Position numbers and translations under genes: made by a program | Notes under the pieces: model-generated | What the model saw: the letters and a program-made list of their open reading frames with translations, nothing else | What the model was told of the DNA's origin: nothing | The model's database searches: none | Assembly (NCBI RefSeq): GCF_004353825.1 | Contig: NZ_SMNA01000002.1 | Span: 248,001-312,000, forward strand | DNA length: 64,000 nt | DNA from: Occultella glacieicola | GTDB taxonomy: Bacteria; Actinomycetota; Actinomycetes; Actinomycetales; Beutenbergiaceae | Direction: 5' to 3' | In this document: piece after piece, positions 46,741 to 57,519 of the stretch | How positions within the stretch are numbered: position 1 is the stretch's first letter | Layout: each line of letters starts with the position of its first letter

Positions 46741-47408
46741 GGGGTGGCCGGCTCCCAGACCAGGGAGAACTCGATCTCGCCGTCCGGGTCGACCACGACG
46801 AAGCCGAGGTCAGGAGCGCCCACGCCGTAGTCGGAGAACGTGATCGGAATGGCACCGACCACCTGGATCGCGTCGTCGGTGCTCTGCGCGACGGCGGCGT
46901 CCACCTGGACCGGCCGCGTGACGCCGTGCACGGTCAGGTCACCGGAGAGCGTCACGTCCGTTCCGCCGTCGGGAAGTTGCGCGGCACCGGTGAGCGTGAA
47001 GGTGGCCGTCGGGAACGTGCCGACCTCCATGGCGGTCCCTCGGAAGTAGGCGTCCCGCGGTGGTTGGTCGGTCGCGATGCTCTCGACGTCGACGATCACC
47101 TCGGCGGCCGTGACGGCGCCCTCGGCGATCGTGAGCGTGCCCTCGACGGTCTCGGTGCGCCCGACCACGTTCGCGTCGTTGCCCTGGAGCACCTCGTGGA
47201 CCCGGTACCCGGCGTAGGAGCCGGCCCCGAGGGTCCAGTCGCCGGCCAGCGCCGCCGGGTCGAGGGCCGACCCACTGCCGCTGGTCAGCTCGGGAGGCGC
47301 CGCCGCGGAGCGGTTGGCCAGGTCGGCGTACAGGCGCGGCCCGAAGGCCACACCGCCGACGACCAGCACCCCAGCAACCACGATGACTCCGATCGTCCGT
47401 GCACGCAT
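46737..47408 (-). CDS. YceI family protein
   Basis: GSYAGYRVHEVL, RDAYFR, GDLTVHGVTRPV, ITFSDYGV. Confidence 0.88.
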   Translation of the reverse strand: MRARTIGVIVVAGVLVVGGVAFGPRLYADLANRSAAAPPELTSGSGSALDPAALAGDWTLGAGSYAGYRVHEVLQGNDANVVGRTETVEGTLTIAEGAVTAAEVIVDVESIATDQPPRDAYFRGTAMEVGTFPTATFTLTGAAQLPDGGTDVTLSGDLTVHGVTRPVQVDAAVAQSTDDAIQVVGAIPITFSDYGVGAPDLGFVVVDPDGEIEFSLVWEPATP

Positions 47409-47469
47409 GGCCCGTGTCCTTCCATGATCGACCCGGTCGCCCGGCGGTGGCGAGCGATCCTCACCCCGT

Positions 47470-47496
47470 AGACGAGACCGGGCCGGGATCGGTTCA
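47470..47496 (-). promoter_or_regulatory. SigL-type promoter for yceI-sigL-rslA
   Basis: TGAACC-N16-CGT on the minus strand. Confidence 0.78.
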
Positions 47497-47530
47497 GTTC
47501 GGTTCGTCTCCGACGGATTCGGTCGACGAG

Positions 47531-47559
47531 TGAACCTGCGGCCGCCCGGTCCCGTTGTC
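47531..47559 (+). promoter_or_regulatory. SigL-type promoter for the lipoprotein gene
   Basis: TGAACC (47531) -N16- CGT (47553). Confidence 0.78.
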
Positions 47560-47628
47560 GAGGTGAACGCCGGTGCGTGCCGCGGCAACCTGCTGTCGTG
47601 CGGCCGGCCCGACGAAGGAGTCCGAATC

Positions 47629-48150
47629 ATGCGCGGAATCCCCCGCATCCTCATCAGCGCCCTGGCCGCCGGTGCCCTGAGCACCGCCCTGGTGGCCTGT
47701 TCCTCGGCCGACCCGGAGGACGACACCGCGACCACCTCCGGCGAGGAGGAGACCACCGAGGAACCCACCGAGGCCGACGACGGCGCGGCGATGGGCGATG
47801 TCGAGCTCAGCACGGCCGACTCCTCGCTCGGCGAGGTCATCGTCGACGGCGCCGGCCTGACCGCCTACTACTTCAGCAACGACGTACCGGACTCCGGGGT
47901 CAGTGCGTGTGAGGGCGAGTGCCTGGTGAACTGGCCGCCGATCACGTCCGAGACCGAGACCCCGGTCGTCGAGGGGGTCAGCGCCGAGGTGGGCACCATC
48001 CCCGCTGCGGACGGGTCGTTCCAGGTCACCGTCGACGGCCGCCCGATCTACCTGTTCGTCGGCGACGCCGCGCCCGGCGACGTCAACGGGCAGGCCGTCC
48101 AGGACGTGTGGTGGGTGATCGCGCCGGACGGCACCGAGATCCGGGACTGA
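47629..48150 (+). CDS. Secreted repeat lipoprotein (COG4315, Yx(FWY)xxD motif)
   Basis: LVAC lipobox; YYFSND, CEGECLVNWPP, IYLFVGD...GDVNGQ, WWVI. Confidence 0.85.
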   Translation: MRGIPRILISALAAGALSTALVACSSADPEDDTATTSGEEETTEEPTEADDGAAMGDVELSTADSSLGEVIVDGAGLTAYYFSNDVPDSGVSACEGECLVNWPPITSETETPVVEGVSAEVGTIPAADGSFQVTVDGRPIYLFVGDAAPGDVNGQAVQDVWWVIAPDGTEIRD

Positions 48151-48166
48151 CCGGCCACCGGCGGGC

Positions 48167-48682
48167 TCAGCGGGCGCGGCGCAGGCTCATCGCCCGCTGG
48201 GCCTCCCGGGTGTCCTGCTGCTCGCGCAGGGTCTGACGCTTGTCCCACTCCTGCTTGCCGCGGGCGAGCGCGATCTCCACCTTCGCCCGGCCGCCGAGAA
48301 AGTACAGCTCCAACGGGACGATGGTGTGACCCTTCTCCCGGGTCCTGGCGGACAGCTTCTCGATCTCCGCGCGGTGCAGGAGGAGCTTGCGCTTGCGACG
48401 GGGCGTGTGGTTCGTCCAGGTGCCCTCGACGTACTCGGGGATGTGCACGCCCTCGAGCCACGCCTCGCCGCCGTCGATGTGGACCCAGCCGTCCACCAGG
48501 GAGGCACGGCCGGACCGCAGGGACTTCACCTCGGTGCCGGTCAGGGACATGCCGGCCTCGTAGGTGGCGTCGATGTGGTAGTCGTGCCGGGCCTTCTTGT
48601 TCCGGGCGACCACGACCTTCGAGGTCTTGGGGTCGTTCGCGGCCGAGGCCTTCTTCTTCGCGCCCTTGGCTGCGTTACTCAT
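48167..48682 (-). CDS. smpB: SsrA-binding protein
   Basis: [32 protein letters not shown]. Confidence 0.97.
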   Translation of the reverse strand: MSNAAKGAKKKASAANDPKTSKVVVARNKKARHDYHIDATYEAGMSLTGTEVKSLRSGRASLVDGWVHIDGGEAWLEGVHIPEYVEGTWTNHTPRRKRKLLLHRAEIEKLSARTREKGHTIVPLELYFLGGRAKVEIALARGKQEWDKRQTLREQQDTREAQRAMSLRRAR

Positions 48683-48764
48683 GGTGTTGCGATCTCCTTC
48701 GGGTGCCACCGGTCGGCGGTGGCACCGTCAGGGTAGAACACCGGGCGGCGGGAGTTCGAGGCGA

Positions 48765-50138
48765 TTAGAAGTAGGTCATCGGATCGACGGTGGATCCGTT
48801 GCGCCAGATCTCGAAGTGCACGTGGCACCCGGTGACGTTCCCGGTGGCGCCGGTGTAGCCGATCACCTGGCCCTGGCTGACGCGTGCTCCGACGCTCGTG
48901 TTGAACCGGGACAGGTGGTTGTACACGGTGACGTAGGACCTCGCGCCGATCACACCGTGGTCGATCATCACCTGATTGCCGTGGGTGCCGTTGCCGGCCG
49001 CCCCGCGCACGGCGATGACGCGCCCGCCGGCGGACGCCATCTGGGCCTCCCCGCAACTCGAGCGCAGGTCGACACCGTTGTGCATGAACCAGCCGCCCGT
49101 GATCGGGTAGACGCGGTATCCGTACGCGGACGTGACGTGCAGCGAACGGGAGATCGGCGGGATGAACGTCCCCCCGGACGGGGGCGCCACGGCCCCACCC
49201 CCGCCGCCTCCGCCGCCGCCGCTGTTCTGCTGCTGGGCCGCGAGGGCCGCCTCCTGACGTCGGCGTTCGGCCGCCTGCTCGGCGGCGAGGGCGTTGATCT
49301 CGGCCGAGATCTGTTGGTTCTCGGCCTCGAGCTCGGCCTGCCGGTTCGCCTGCTCGGCCTTGAGGGTCTCGAGCGTGGCCGCCTGCGCCTCCTGGTCCGC
49401 CTTCAGCTGGGCGATCTCGGCGACCAGGTCGGCCGCGGTCTGGCGGGCCGCCTCCGCGGTCGCCACAGCAGCGTCCGCCTCGACCTTCAACTCGCCGATC
49501 CGGACCTCGACGGCGTCCAGGCGCACCTGCCGGTTCCGGTTGATCGCGGTCAGGTTCTCCAGGTCGGTGAGCGTCTGGTTCTGGGTCCGCAGTGCGGAGT
49601 TCATGACCGAGTACTGGCTGGCGAACTCCTCGGTGCTGGTGGCGTCCAGGACCACGGCGAGGGCGCTCACCGAGCCGTTGCCACGGTAGGCGGACCGGGC
49701 GACCTCGCCCATCGCACCCTCGGTCTCGACGATCTCGGCCTCACCGTCGGCGATCTCCGCGAGCAGGTCCGCCTGCTGGCCCTGGGCGATCTCCAGGCGG
49801 GACTGCACCGAGTCCCGGTGCCGTTCGGCGGCGGCGAGCTCGGCGTTCGCGGCGACCAGTTCCGCCTCCGCGATCGGAAGGCGGTAGTTGGTGTCCGCGA
49901 GCGCCAGGTAGGTGGCGGCGAGTTCGGCGTCCGTTCCCTCGAGTGCCGAGGCGAGCTGCTCGCGCTCGGCCGCGTTCTGGTCCTGCTGATCCTGCAGGTC
50001 GTCCATCTCGTCGGCCGCCGCGGGTCCCGCGACCACCACGACCCCGACCACGAGGGCCAGGGCCGCGGAGACGGCAGCGCGCCATACGGTGCGGGCGGGT
50101 CGACGCACACGGTGGTGGGGCGGAGGAGTGCTCAGCAT
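48765..50138 (-). CDS. M23 family peptidoglycan endopeptidase with coiled coil (FtsEX-associated)
   Basis: Signal peptide, coiled coil, HNGVD, YNHL, TGCHVHFE. Confidence 0.9.
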   Translation of the reverse strand: MLSTPPPHHRVRRPARTVWRAAVSAALALVVGVVVVAGPAAADEMDDLQDQQDQNAAEREQLASALEGTDAELAATYLALADTNYRLPIAEAELVAANAELAAAERHRDSVQSRLEIAQGQQADLLAEIADGEAEIVETEGAMGEVARSAYRGNGSVSALAVVLDATSTEEFASQYSVMNSALRTQNQTLTDLENLTAINRNRQVRLDAVEVRIGELKVEADAAVATAEAARQTAADLVAEIAQLKADQEAQAATLETLKAEQANRQAELEAENQQISAEINALAAEQAAERRRQEAALAAQQQNSGGGGGGGGGAVAPPSGGTFIPPISRSLHVTSAYGYRVYPITGGWFMHNGVDLRSSCGEAQMASAGGRVIAVRGAAGNGTHGNQVMIDHGVIGARSYVTVYNHLSRFNTSVGARVSQGQVIGYTGATGNVTGCHVHFEIWRNGSTVDPMTYF

Positions 50139-50144
50139 TGGGCC

Positions 50145-51059
50145 TCAGACCTTCGTGTATCGACTCAGGGTAACGAGTGAACTGATGGCGGCAAGGGCGA
50201 TTCCGATCCCGATCAGGATCGGCGCCACCAGCCAGACGTCGGACGTGGACACGAAATTGACCCATTGGACCGTGCCGGCGAGCCAGTCCTCGACGATGTA
50301 GCGGACCCCGAGCCACAGACCACCGATGGCGAGCAGGGCGCCGAGCAGCGCCGCGATCGCCCCCTCCAGCATGAACGGGAGCTGGATGAACAGGTTGGAC
50401 GCGCCCACCAGACGCATGATCGAGGTCTCCCGGCTGCGGCTCATCGCGGACAGCCGGATCGTGGTGGTGATCAACAGGATCGCGGTGATGATCATCAGCG
50501 CCGCCAGTCCGGCCGCCATCACCGTGGTGCGGTTCAGGATCAGGAACAACGGCTCGAGGATGGTCCGCTGGTCGACGACCTCCTCGACGCCGTCCCGGCC
50601 GGCGACCTCGTCGGCGACCACCTGGTACAACTCGGGGTCGACGAGCTTCACGCGCAGGGACATCTGCATCTGGTCGACGGTGATGCGCTGGGCCCAGTCC
50701 TGTTCGCCGAACTGCTCCTGGAACGCGGCGAAGGCGTCCTCCTGGGTCTCGATGTAGATCTCGTCCACGTAGTCGCTGAGCGCCTCGGAGCCCAGCACCG
50801 CCTGGATCTCCTGGACCTGGTCCTCGGTGACCTCACCTCCTGCGCAGGTCGGCGCGAACGAGTCCACGGGGCACAGGAAGATCGAGACCTCGACCTTGTC
50901 GTACCAGTCGTCCTTCATGTTCGCGACCTGCATCTGCAGCAGGATCGCCGCACCCACGAAGGTGAGCGAGATGAAGGTCACGAGCACCACGGAAGTGGCC
51001 ATGGCCATGTTGCGCCGCAGACCGTTCCCGATCTGCGAGAGCACGAACCGGACTCGCAT
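50145..51059 (-). CDS. ftsX: Cell division permease FtsX
   Basis: GLRRN, KVEVSIFLC, IMRLVGAS...IQLPFMLEG. Confidence 0.96.
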   Translation of the reverse strand: MRVRFVLSQIGNGLRRNMAMATSVVLVTFISLTFVGAAILLQMQVANMKDDWYDKVEVSIFLCPVDSFAPTCAGGEVTEDQVQEIQAVLGSEALSDYVDEIYIETQEDAFAAFQEQFGEQDWAQRITVDQMQMSLRVKLVDPELYQVVADEVAGRDGVEEVVDQRTILEPLFLILNRTTVMAAGLAALMIITAILLITTTIRLSAMSRSRETSIMRLVGASNLFIQLPFMLEGAIAALLGALLAIGGLWLGVRYIVEDWLAGTVQWVNFVSTSDVWLVAPILIGIGIALAAISSLVTLSRYTKV

Positions 51060-51068
51060 ACCCCGCCC

Positions 51069-51758
51069 CTACCGTTCCGCGCCGTAGACGCCGCGGGCCT
51101 GGTCGCGGACCATCTGCCCGTCCACGAGCTCCACCACCCGCTTGCGCATCTGGTCGACGATCTCGTCGTCGTGGGTGGCCATCACGATCGTGGTGCCGGT
51201 CCGGTTGATGCGGTCGAGCAGGCGCATGATCCCCACGGAGGTGGTCGGGTCGAGGTTTCCGGTGGGCTCGTCGGCGAGCAGGATCGCCGGCCGGTTCACG
51301 AACGCGCGGGCGATCGCGACGCGCTGCTGCTCACCGCCGGACAGTTCGTGCGGGAGCCGCTTCTCCTTGCCGGCCAGGCCGACCATCTCGAGCGTCTCGG
51401 GCACGGTGGTCATCACGTGGTGACGGGGCTTGCCGATCACCTGCAGCGCGATCGCGACGTTGTCGAAGACCGTCTTGTTGTTCAGCAGGCGGAAGTCCTG
51501 GAACACGGTGCCGATCTGGCGGCGCAGGTACGGCACCTTCCACTGGGAGATCCGGGACAGGTCGCGGCCCGCCACGAACACCGACCCCGAGGTGGGACGC
51601 TCCTCGCGGAGCACGAGGCGCAGGAACGTCGACTTGCCGGAGCCGGAGGCCCCCACCAGGAACACGAACTCGCCTCGCTCGACCTCCATGGAGATCCGGT
51701 CCAGGGCAGGGCGGGCCCCACGCGCGTAGACCTTGGAGACTTTCTCTAACCGAATCAC
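51069..51758 (-). CDS. ftsE: Cell division ATP-binding protein FtsE
   Basis: [35 protein letters not shown]. Confidence 0.97.
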   Translation of the reverse strand: MIRLEKVSKVYARGARPALDRISMEVERGEFVFLVGASGSGKSTFLRLVLREERPTSGSVFVAGRDLSRISQWKVPYLRRQIGTVFQDFRLLNNKTVFDNVAIALQVIGKPRHHVMTTVPETLEMVGLAGKEKRLPHELSGGEQQRVAIARAFVNRPAILLADEPTGNLDPTTSVGIMRLLDRINRTGTTIVMATHDDEIVDQMRKRVVELVDGQMVRDQARGVYGAER

Positions 51759-51924
51759 GTGGTAACCATCGGCCAGTCTCGGGGAAGGGTAAGGAAAAAC
51801 CTGGCCAATGGCACCATAGGCAGCGGACCTTGGGGTCCGGCCGTGACACGCCGACGCCGCCGCAAGGCATCCGGGTGGCGTCCGTCACCGGTGAGTCAGG
51901 ACCCGCGAAGGTCCACCGGGGTGG

Positions 51925-53034
51925 TCAGGCCTCGAGCTCAGCCTGCTTGCGCCAGCGGATCCCGGCGTTGATGAACCCGTCGATGTCGCCGTCGAACACC
52001 GCACCGGGGTTCCCGGACTCGAACTCGGTGCGCAGGTCCTTGACCATCTGGTAAGGCTGCAGCACGTAGGAGCGCATCTGGTCGCCCCAGGAGGCCTTCA
52101 CGTCGCCCGCGAGGGCCTTCTTGGCCGCGTTCTCCTCGGCCTGGCGTTGCAGCAGCAGCCGGGACTGGAGCACTCGCAGCGCAGCGGCGCGGTTCTGGAT
52201 CTGCGACTTCTCGTTCTGCATCGACACCACGATGCCGGTGGGGATGTGGGTCATCCGCACGGCCGAGTCGGTCGTGTTCACGCTCTGGCCGCCGGGGCCG
52301 GAGGAGCGGAACACGTCCACCTTGATCTCGCTCTCGGGGATCTCGATGTGGTCGGTCTGTTCGATCAGCGGGATCACCTCGACGGCGGCGAACGACGTCT
52401 GCCGGCGGCCCTGGTTGTCGAACGGGGAGATCCGCACAAGCCGGTGCGTGCCCGCTTCGACGGACAGGGTGCCGAACGCGTACGGGGCCTTGATCTCGAA
52501 CGTGGCGGACTTCAGGCCCGCCTCCTCGGCGTAGGAGGTGTCCAGCACCGAGGCCGGGTACCCCTTCTGCTCCGCCCAACGCAGATACATCCGCATCAGC
52601 ATCTCGGCGAAGTCGGCGGCGTCGACGCCACCGGCACCGGCACGGATCGTGATCACGGCCTCACGCTGGTCGTACTCGCCGGACAGCAGCGTGCGGATCT
52701 CCAGGTCGCTGAGCGCGGCGTGGATCTTGCTCAGTTCCGCCTCTGCCTCGGCGAGGGTGTCGGCGTCGTCCTCCTCCTCGGCGAGCTCGACCAGGGCACC
52801 GAGGTCATCGATGCGCTCCCCCAGCTTGTCGAGGCGCTCGAGCTCGGACTGGGCGTGCGAGAGCTGGCTGGTCACCTGCTGCGCGGCGTCCGGGTCGTCC
52901 CACAGGTCCGGTGCGGCGGCCTCCTCGGAGAGCTGGGCGATCCGCGCCCGCAGCCCTTCGGGATCGGACACGGCCTTGATCGAGTCAAGGATCTTGGTCA
53001 GACCCTGGATCTCCGTCGAGAAGTCGGTAGCCAC
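51925..53034 (-). CDS. prfB: Peptide chain release factor 2
   Basis: SPF and GGQ motifs; GTG start after -10 TAACCT; continuous frame. Confidence 0.97.
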   Translation of the reverse strand: MATDFSTEIQGLTKILDSIKAVSDPEGLRARIAQLSEEAAAPDLWDDPDAAQQVTSQLSHAQSELERLDKLGERIDDLGALVELAEEEDDADTLAEAEAELSKIHAALSDLEIRTLLSGEYDQREAVITIRAGAGGVDAADFAEMLMRMYLRWAEQKGYPASVLDTSYAEEAGLKSATFEIKAPYAFGTLSVEAGTHRLVRISPFDNQGRRQTSFAAVEVIPLIEQTDHIEIPESEIKVDVFRSSGPGGQSVNTTDSAVRMTHIPTGIVVSMQNEKSQIQNRAAALRVLQSRLLLQRQAEENAAKKALAGDVKASWGDQMRSYVLQPYQMVKDLRTEFESGNPGAVFDGDIDGFINAGIRWRKQAELEA

Positions 53035-53060
53035 AGTCCGCAAGGTTACGCGATGTCCAC

Positions 53061-53537
53061 CTACCCGGATCCCGAGGGCGCTCGGCCGAAGAGTTGCTGA
53101 TGCGGGTCCCTGGCGTGACGCTGCCAGGGCCAACGGCCGTCGTGGTCGGCCCAGACGAACTGGAATGCCGGGATCACCCGACGGTTCGGGCCACCGTAGA
53201 TCTCCTGCGCCCAGACCAGCCGACGCGGGCTCCACACCTCGATCACCCGGTACGGGTGCGGTCGCCCCGCCCCGATCACGTCACCGACCACGAAGGCGTG
53301 CCCGTCCCGCACCTCGGCAGCGAGGTCGTTCAGGACCGGAGCCGCATCGCTGGGATCCAGGCCACTGATCAGCAGCTCGGGATGCCCGTGGAACCGGGTC
53401 ATCCCGATGGTGTAGGCCATCGGAGGGCTGACCGGGCCGGGCCCGACGTTGCAGATGGCCCATCCGTGTTCCTCGATCAGATCCAGGTAGTGCGCCCGGA
53501 CCTCCGCGTCCGTCAGACCCTGACACTTCAGGCACAT
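53061..53537 (-). CDS. DUF4262 family protein
   Basis: MCLKC, IEEHGW, AYTIGM...[18 protein letters not shown]. Confidence 0.82.
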   Translation of the reverse strand: MCLKCQGLTDAEVRAHYLDLIEEHGWAICNVGPGPVSPPMAYTIGMTRFHGHPELLISGLDPSDAAPVLNDLAAEVRDGHAFVVGDVIGAGRPHPYRVIEVWSPRRLVWAQEIYGGPNRRVIPAFQFVWADHDGRWPWQRHARDPHQQLFGRAPSGSG

Positions 53538-53740
53538 GTCGTCTCCCCACTCGCTCTTCGCGCACCGTAGGCGGCGGCCGGGTCCCGCGCCGATGCCCGG
53601 ACCGAACCCTGTGGACGGCTCGGAAACCCGACCGGAGGTGTGGAGACCGCGCCGGCGGCGGGTGCGCCTGTCGTCGACCCGCACCGCCGTCGGTGGCATG
53701 CTGGGCGGCGATCGCACGGTCCGGACACAGGAGGCCCAGC

Positions 53741-54115
53741 ATGATCTTCGGATTCGGCAGGAAGAAGGCAGCAGCGGTGCCCGCCCTGGACCTGCGACGC
53801 GACGGCGCCGGGTTCGCCGACGTCCGCACCGAGGCGGAGGTGGACGCCGCCGTCGGCGCCGGCCGGCTGGAGTGGTTCTGGATGACCTCCCCCCGGTTCG
53901 GCGGCCCGGAACTCCCCATGAACCGTCTTGCCGGGCCGCCCGGGGTGGGCGCCGCCCGGGACTGGATCGACGACCAGATCGGCCTCGCCCTGCAGCGCGG
54001 CGAGCAGGTCAGCGGCGGCGCCGACATGACCTACGACGACGGCGGCAGCCGGGTCCCGCGGGTGGTCACCTACGACTTCGGTGCGGCCGGGAGGTACGTC
54101 CTGAATTTCTGGTGA
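53741..54115 (+). CDS. Hypothetical protein
   Basis: RBS GGAGG then MIFGFGRKK...; GC-biased codon pattern. Confidence 0.7.
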   Translation: MIFGFGRKKAAAVPALDLRRDGAGFADVRTEAEVDAAVGAGRLEWFWMTSPRFGGPELPMNRLAGPPGVGAARDWIDDQIGLALQRGEQVSGGADMTYDDGGSRVPRVVTYDFGAAGRYVLNFW

Positions 54116-54155
54116 GGCGAGACTCCGCGTCCCGACCCACGACTACGCTTCGCGG

Positions 54156-54995
54156 GTGGAGACCCTCACCGCCGCTGACGGCACCCGGCTCGCCTACCAC
54201 CGCGCCGGTGCCGGCGACCCGCTGGTCTGCCTGCCCGGTGGCCCGATGCAGGACTCGGCCTACCTTGGAGACCTGAGCGGGCTCTCCGATCATCGCGCTC
54301 TGGTGCTGCTGGACCTGCGCGGGACCGGTGGCTCCGAGGTGCCGCGTGACGCGGCCACCTACCGGTGCGATCGGCAGGTGGCGGACGTGGAGGCACTGCG
54401 CGCGGACCTGGCGTTGGATCGGATCGACCTGCTCGCGCACTCGGCCGGTGCGAGCCTTGCCCTGCTGTACGCCGCCCGGTATCCGGAGCGGATCGGGCAA
54501 CTCGTGCTGCTCAACCCGAGCCCTCGTGCGGTCGCCCTCGACGTCACTGACCTCGACCGGCGTGAACGAGCCGAGCTGCGCCGAACCGAGCCCTGGTTCG
54601 CCGAGGCCTGGGCCGCCTTCGAGCGGATCTGGTCCGGCGAGGCCACGGCCGCCGACTGGGCCGCGATCACACCCTTCACCTACGGCCGCTGGGACGCCGT
54701 CGACCAGGAGCATGCGGCGCTCGCCGACCGGCAGCGGAACGACGACGCGGCGGCGGCCTACTACGGCACCGGCGCGTTCGACCCCATCGCGCTCCGGGCC
54801 GACCTCGCCGAGGTGGCGTTCCCGACCCTGATCGTGGCCGGCGAGTACGACGTCGCGCTGCCGCCGCGCTGCGCCGCCGAGTTCGCCTCGTTCTTCCCCG
54901 ATGCCGAACTTCTCGTACAACCGGGTGCCGGACACTTCCCGTGGCTCGATGACCCCGACCTGTTCGCCCGCGGGCTCATGGCCCATCTCAGTTGA
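54156..54995 (+). CDS. Alpha/beta hydrolase
   Basis: PGGP, DLRGTG, AHSAG nucleophile elbow, GHFPW. Confidence 0.9.
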   Translation: METLTAADGTRLAYHRAGAGDPLVCLPGGPMQDSAYLGDLSGLSDHRALVLLDLRGTGGSEVPRDAATYRCDRQVADVEALRADLALDRIDLLAHSAGASLALLYAARYPERIGQLVLLNPSPRAVALDVTDLDRRERAELRRTEPWFAEAWAAFERIWSGEATAADWAAITPFTYGRWDAVDQEHAALADRQRNDDAAAAYYGTGAFDPIALRADLAEVAFPTLIVAGEYDVALPPRCAAEFASFFPDAELLVQPGAGHFPWLDDPDLFARGLMAHLS

Positions 54996-55092
54996 ACGTT
55001 CCGGCGCATCGGCGCACCCCTGCGATAGCCGCGCGATCGTCGGCGCGAACGCGCACCGCACCGCATCCGGTCGCGGCGTAGGGTGACAGATC

Positions 55093-56385
55093 GTGCCCCG
55101 CCTGCTCGCCGACACCGCCCCGTTGCGGGTCCCGGCGTTCCGGCGGCTGTGGTGGGGCCTGGGCATCTCCAACCTCGGCACCCAGCTGACCGCGGTCGCC
55201 GTCGGCCTCGAGGTCTACTCCCTGACCGGATCCACCCTCGCGGTCGGCATCCTCGGCATCTGTGCGCTGGTGCCGCTGGTGGTCCTCGGCCTGTACGGCG
55301 GGGCACTGGTGGACCACTTCGACCGGCGGAAGGTGGCACTGCTCGCCTCCACCGCGCTGCTCGTGGTCACCGCGCTGCTGGCCGCGCAGGCCTGGGCGGG
55401 CGTGGACAGCGTCGGCGTCCTGTACGCGCTGGTCGCGCTGCAGTCCGCGGCGAGCGCCGTGAACAACCCGGCCCGGTCCGCGATCATCCCGCGGCTGGTG
55501 CCGCCCACCCAGCTCGCGGCGGCGAATGCCCTGCAGACCCTGGCCTGGAACGTCGCCCTGACCGGCGGGCCGCTGCTGGGCGCCGCGCTCGTGGCCTGGC
55601 GCGGGTACCAGGTCGCCTACACGCTCGACATGGTCCTGTTCCTGGCGTCGTTGTACGCGCTCTGGCGCCTGCCCGACGTGCCGCCGGAGACACCCGACGG
55701 CGCAGCGCCCGTCGGGCGCAGGGGCGTCGGTCTGTCCGCGGTCCTGGACGGCCTGCGGTACCTGGGCACCCGACCGAACCTGCGCATGACGTTCCTGCTC
55801 GACCTGAGCGCCATGGTGCTGGCCATGCCCCGGGTGCTGTTCCCCGCCGTCGGGGTGTTGTGGATCGGCGGCGGAGAAGCGACCACGGGCGCGCTCACCG
55901 CGGCCATCGCGGTGGGGGCGGTCCTGGCGAGCGCGCTCTCCGGCGGCCTGTCCGGCGTGCGCGCGCAGGGCAAGGTGATCGTCGGTGCGATCTCGGCGTT
56001 CGCCGTGGCCGTCATCGGCTTCGGCGTGGTGTTGCTGCTGGCCGGTGAGACCGAGCCGGACACCGTGGTGGTGTGGGCGCTGGTCGCGGCCCTGGTGGTG
56101 CTCGCCGTGGCCGGGGCGGCGGACTCGGTGTCGTCGATCTTCCGGCAGACGATCCTGCAGGCGGCGACCCCGGACGCGATGCGCGGCCGCCTGCAGGGCG
56201 TGTTCGTGGTGGTCGTGGCCGGCGGGCCGCGACTGGGCGACGTGGTGGTCGGGGCGCAGGCATCCTGGTTCGGCGAGGGGGCCGCCGCGGTGATCGGCGG
56301 CTGCCTGTGCCTGCTCGCGGTCACCGTGCTGGCGGCCACCCAGCGCCGGTTCGTCGCCTATGACGGGGCCAATCCGACCGCGTAG
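55093..56385 (+). CDS. MFS transporter (EntS/DHA3-like)
   Basis: DHFDRRKV, PDAMRGRLQG, GGPRLGD. Confidence 0.88.
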   Translation: MPRLLADTAPLRVPAFRRLWWGLGISNLGTQLTAVAVGLEVYSLTGSTLAVGILGICALVPLVVLGLYGGALVDHFDRRKVALLASTALLVVTALLAAQAWAGVDSVGVLYALVALQSAASAVNNPARSAIIPRLVPPTQLAAANALQTLAWNVALTGGPLLGAALVAWRGYQVAYTLDMVLFLASLYALWRLPDVPPETPDGAAPVGRRGVGLSAVLDGLRYLGTRPNLRMTFLLDLSAMVLAMPRVLFPAVGVLWIGGGEATTGALTAAIAVGAVLASALSGGLSGVRAQGKVIVGAISAFAVAVIGFGVVLLLAGETEPDTVVVWALVAALVVLAVAGAADSVSSIFRQTILQAATPDAMRGRLQGVFVVVVAGGPRLGDVVVGAQASWFGEGAAAVIGGCLCLLAVTVLAATQRRFVAYDGANPTA

Positions 56386-56395
56386 CCTCGCCACC

Positions 56396-57010
56396 ATGGA
56401 ACGCGACGCCGCCACCACCGACTGGACCACGTACTACACCCGGGGTCAGGGTCGGCCCGCACGGGACCTGGTGATCCACGGCGCGGCCGCGGCGCCCGCC
56501 CCCGGGCACGCGGTCGACCTCGGTTGCGGCGACGGCGCCGAGACCGCGTGGCTGCTCGCGAACGGCTGGCGGGTCACCGCCGTGGACCGGACCCCCGAGG
56601 CGATGCCGCTGGTCCACGCCAACGCCGCGACCGCGCTCGGGGAGGACCCGGGCGCCCGGTTGACCACGGTGGTGGCGGACCTGGCGCAGGCGCGGGTCCC
56701 GGAGGCGGATCTGGTCCTGGCCAGTGCGAGCCTCCCCTTCGTCCCCGAGCACGAGTTCGAGTCAATGTGGTTGCGGATCCGGGCCGCGGTGGCCGACGGC
56801 GGAGTCCTCGCGGTCAACCTGTTCGGGGTCAACGATTCCTGGGCCCACCCGGAGACCGGGATCGCGAACATGACGTTCCACGACCGCGCGGCCGTGGAGG
56901 CGCTGTTCGAGGGCCTGGAGATCGTCGAGCTCACCGAGGTCGAGCATGACGGACCCTCCGGCGCGGGCCCCAAGCACTGGCACCGCTTCGACGTGATCGC
57001 CCGCGGCTGA
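56396..57010 (+). CDS. Class I SAM-dependent methyltransferase
   Basis: VDLGCGDG, SLPF, KHWHRFDVIAR. Confidence 0.88.
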   Translation: MERDAATTDWTTYYTRGQGRPARDLVIHGAAAAPAPGHAVDLGCGDGAETAWLLANGWRVTAVDRTPEAMPLVHANAATALGEDPGARLTTVVADLAQARVPEADLVLASASLPFVPEHEFESMWLRIRAAVADGGVLAVNLFGVNDSWAHPETGIANMTFHDRAAVEALFEGLEIVELTEVEHDGPSGAGPKHWHRFDVIARG

Positions 57011-57019
57011 GCCCCGGCG

Positions 57020-57445
57020 TCAGGGACGAGCCGGCCGGTACGCCTCGTACCGCCGCCGCCATGCCGCACGTACCTGGGGTGGGTGGGCATCCTGCACGCA
57101 GAACTCGTTCCCCTCCGGGTCGGCCATCACGACCCAGCCCCGGTCCGCGCCCTGACCGACGTCCACCCGTCGCGCCCCCAGCCCCTCCAGCCGCGCCACC
57201 TCGGCGTCCCGGTCCTCGGGCCGCAGGTCCAGGTGCAGCCGGTTCTTGCGCGCCTTCGGTTCGGGCACCCTGATGAACAGCAGGTCGGCCACCACGCAGT
57301 CCTCCCGGCTCCCCTCCGGCGGCTCGACCACCCATTCGGGGTCGGTGTCCCGGCTGATCACCCAGTCCAGGGCCTCGGCCCAGAACCGGGCCACGGGGCC
57401 CGGGTCATGACAGTCGACGACAAGTGCACCGATGCGCAGCCCCAT
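57020..57445 (-). CDS. VOC/glyoxalase family protein
   Basis: KNRLHLDL, MADPEGNEFC. Confidence 0.92.
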   Translation of the reverse strand: MGLRIGALVVDCHDPGPVARFWAEALDWVISRDTDPEWVVEPPEGSREDCVVADLLFIRVPEPKARKNRLHLDLRPEDRDAEVARLEGLGARRVDVGQGADRGWVVMADPEGNEFCVQDAHPPQVRAAWRRRYEAYRPARP

Positions 57446-57519
57446 GGGGAAGCAGGGTAGGCGGGGCGTGCGGTGCCGGTCGAGGAGTTATCGTCCGACG
57501 GTCGGTCGGCGCCGGTGAC

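Noticed and set aside
51925..53235. prfB programmed +1 frameshift or a long N-terminal extension
   Set aside because: Frame is continuous with no CTTTGA slip site; true start is probably GTG 53034
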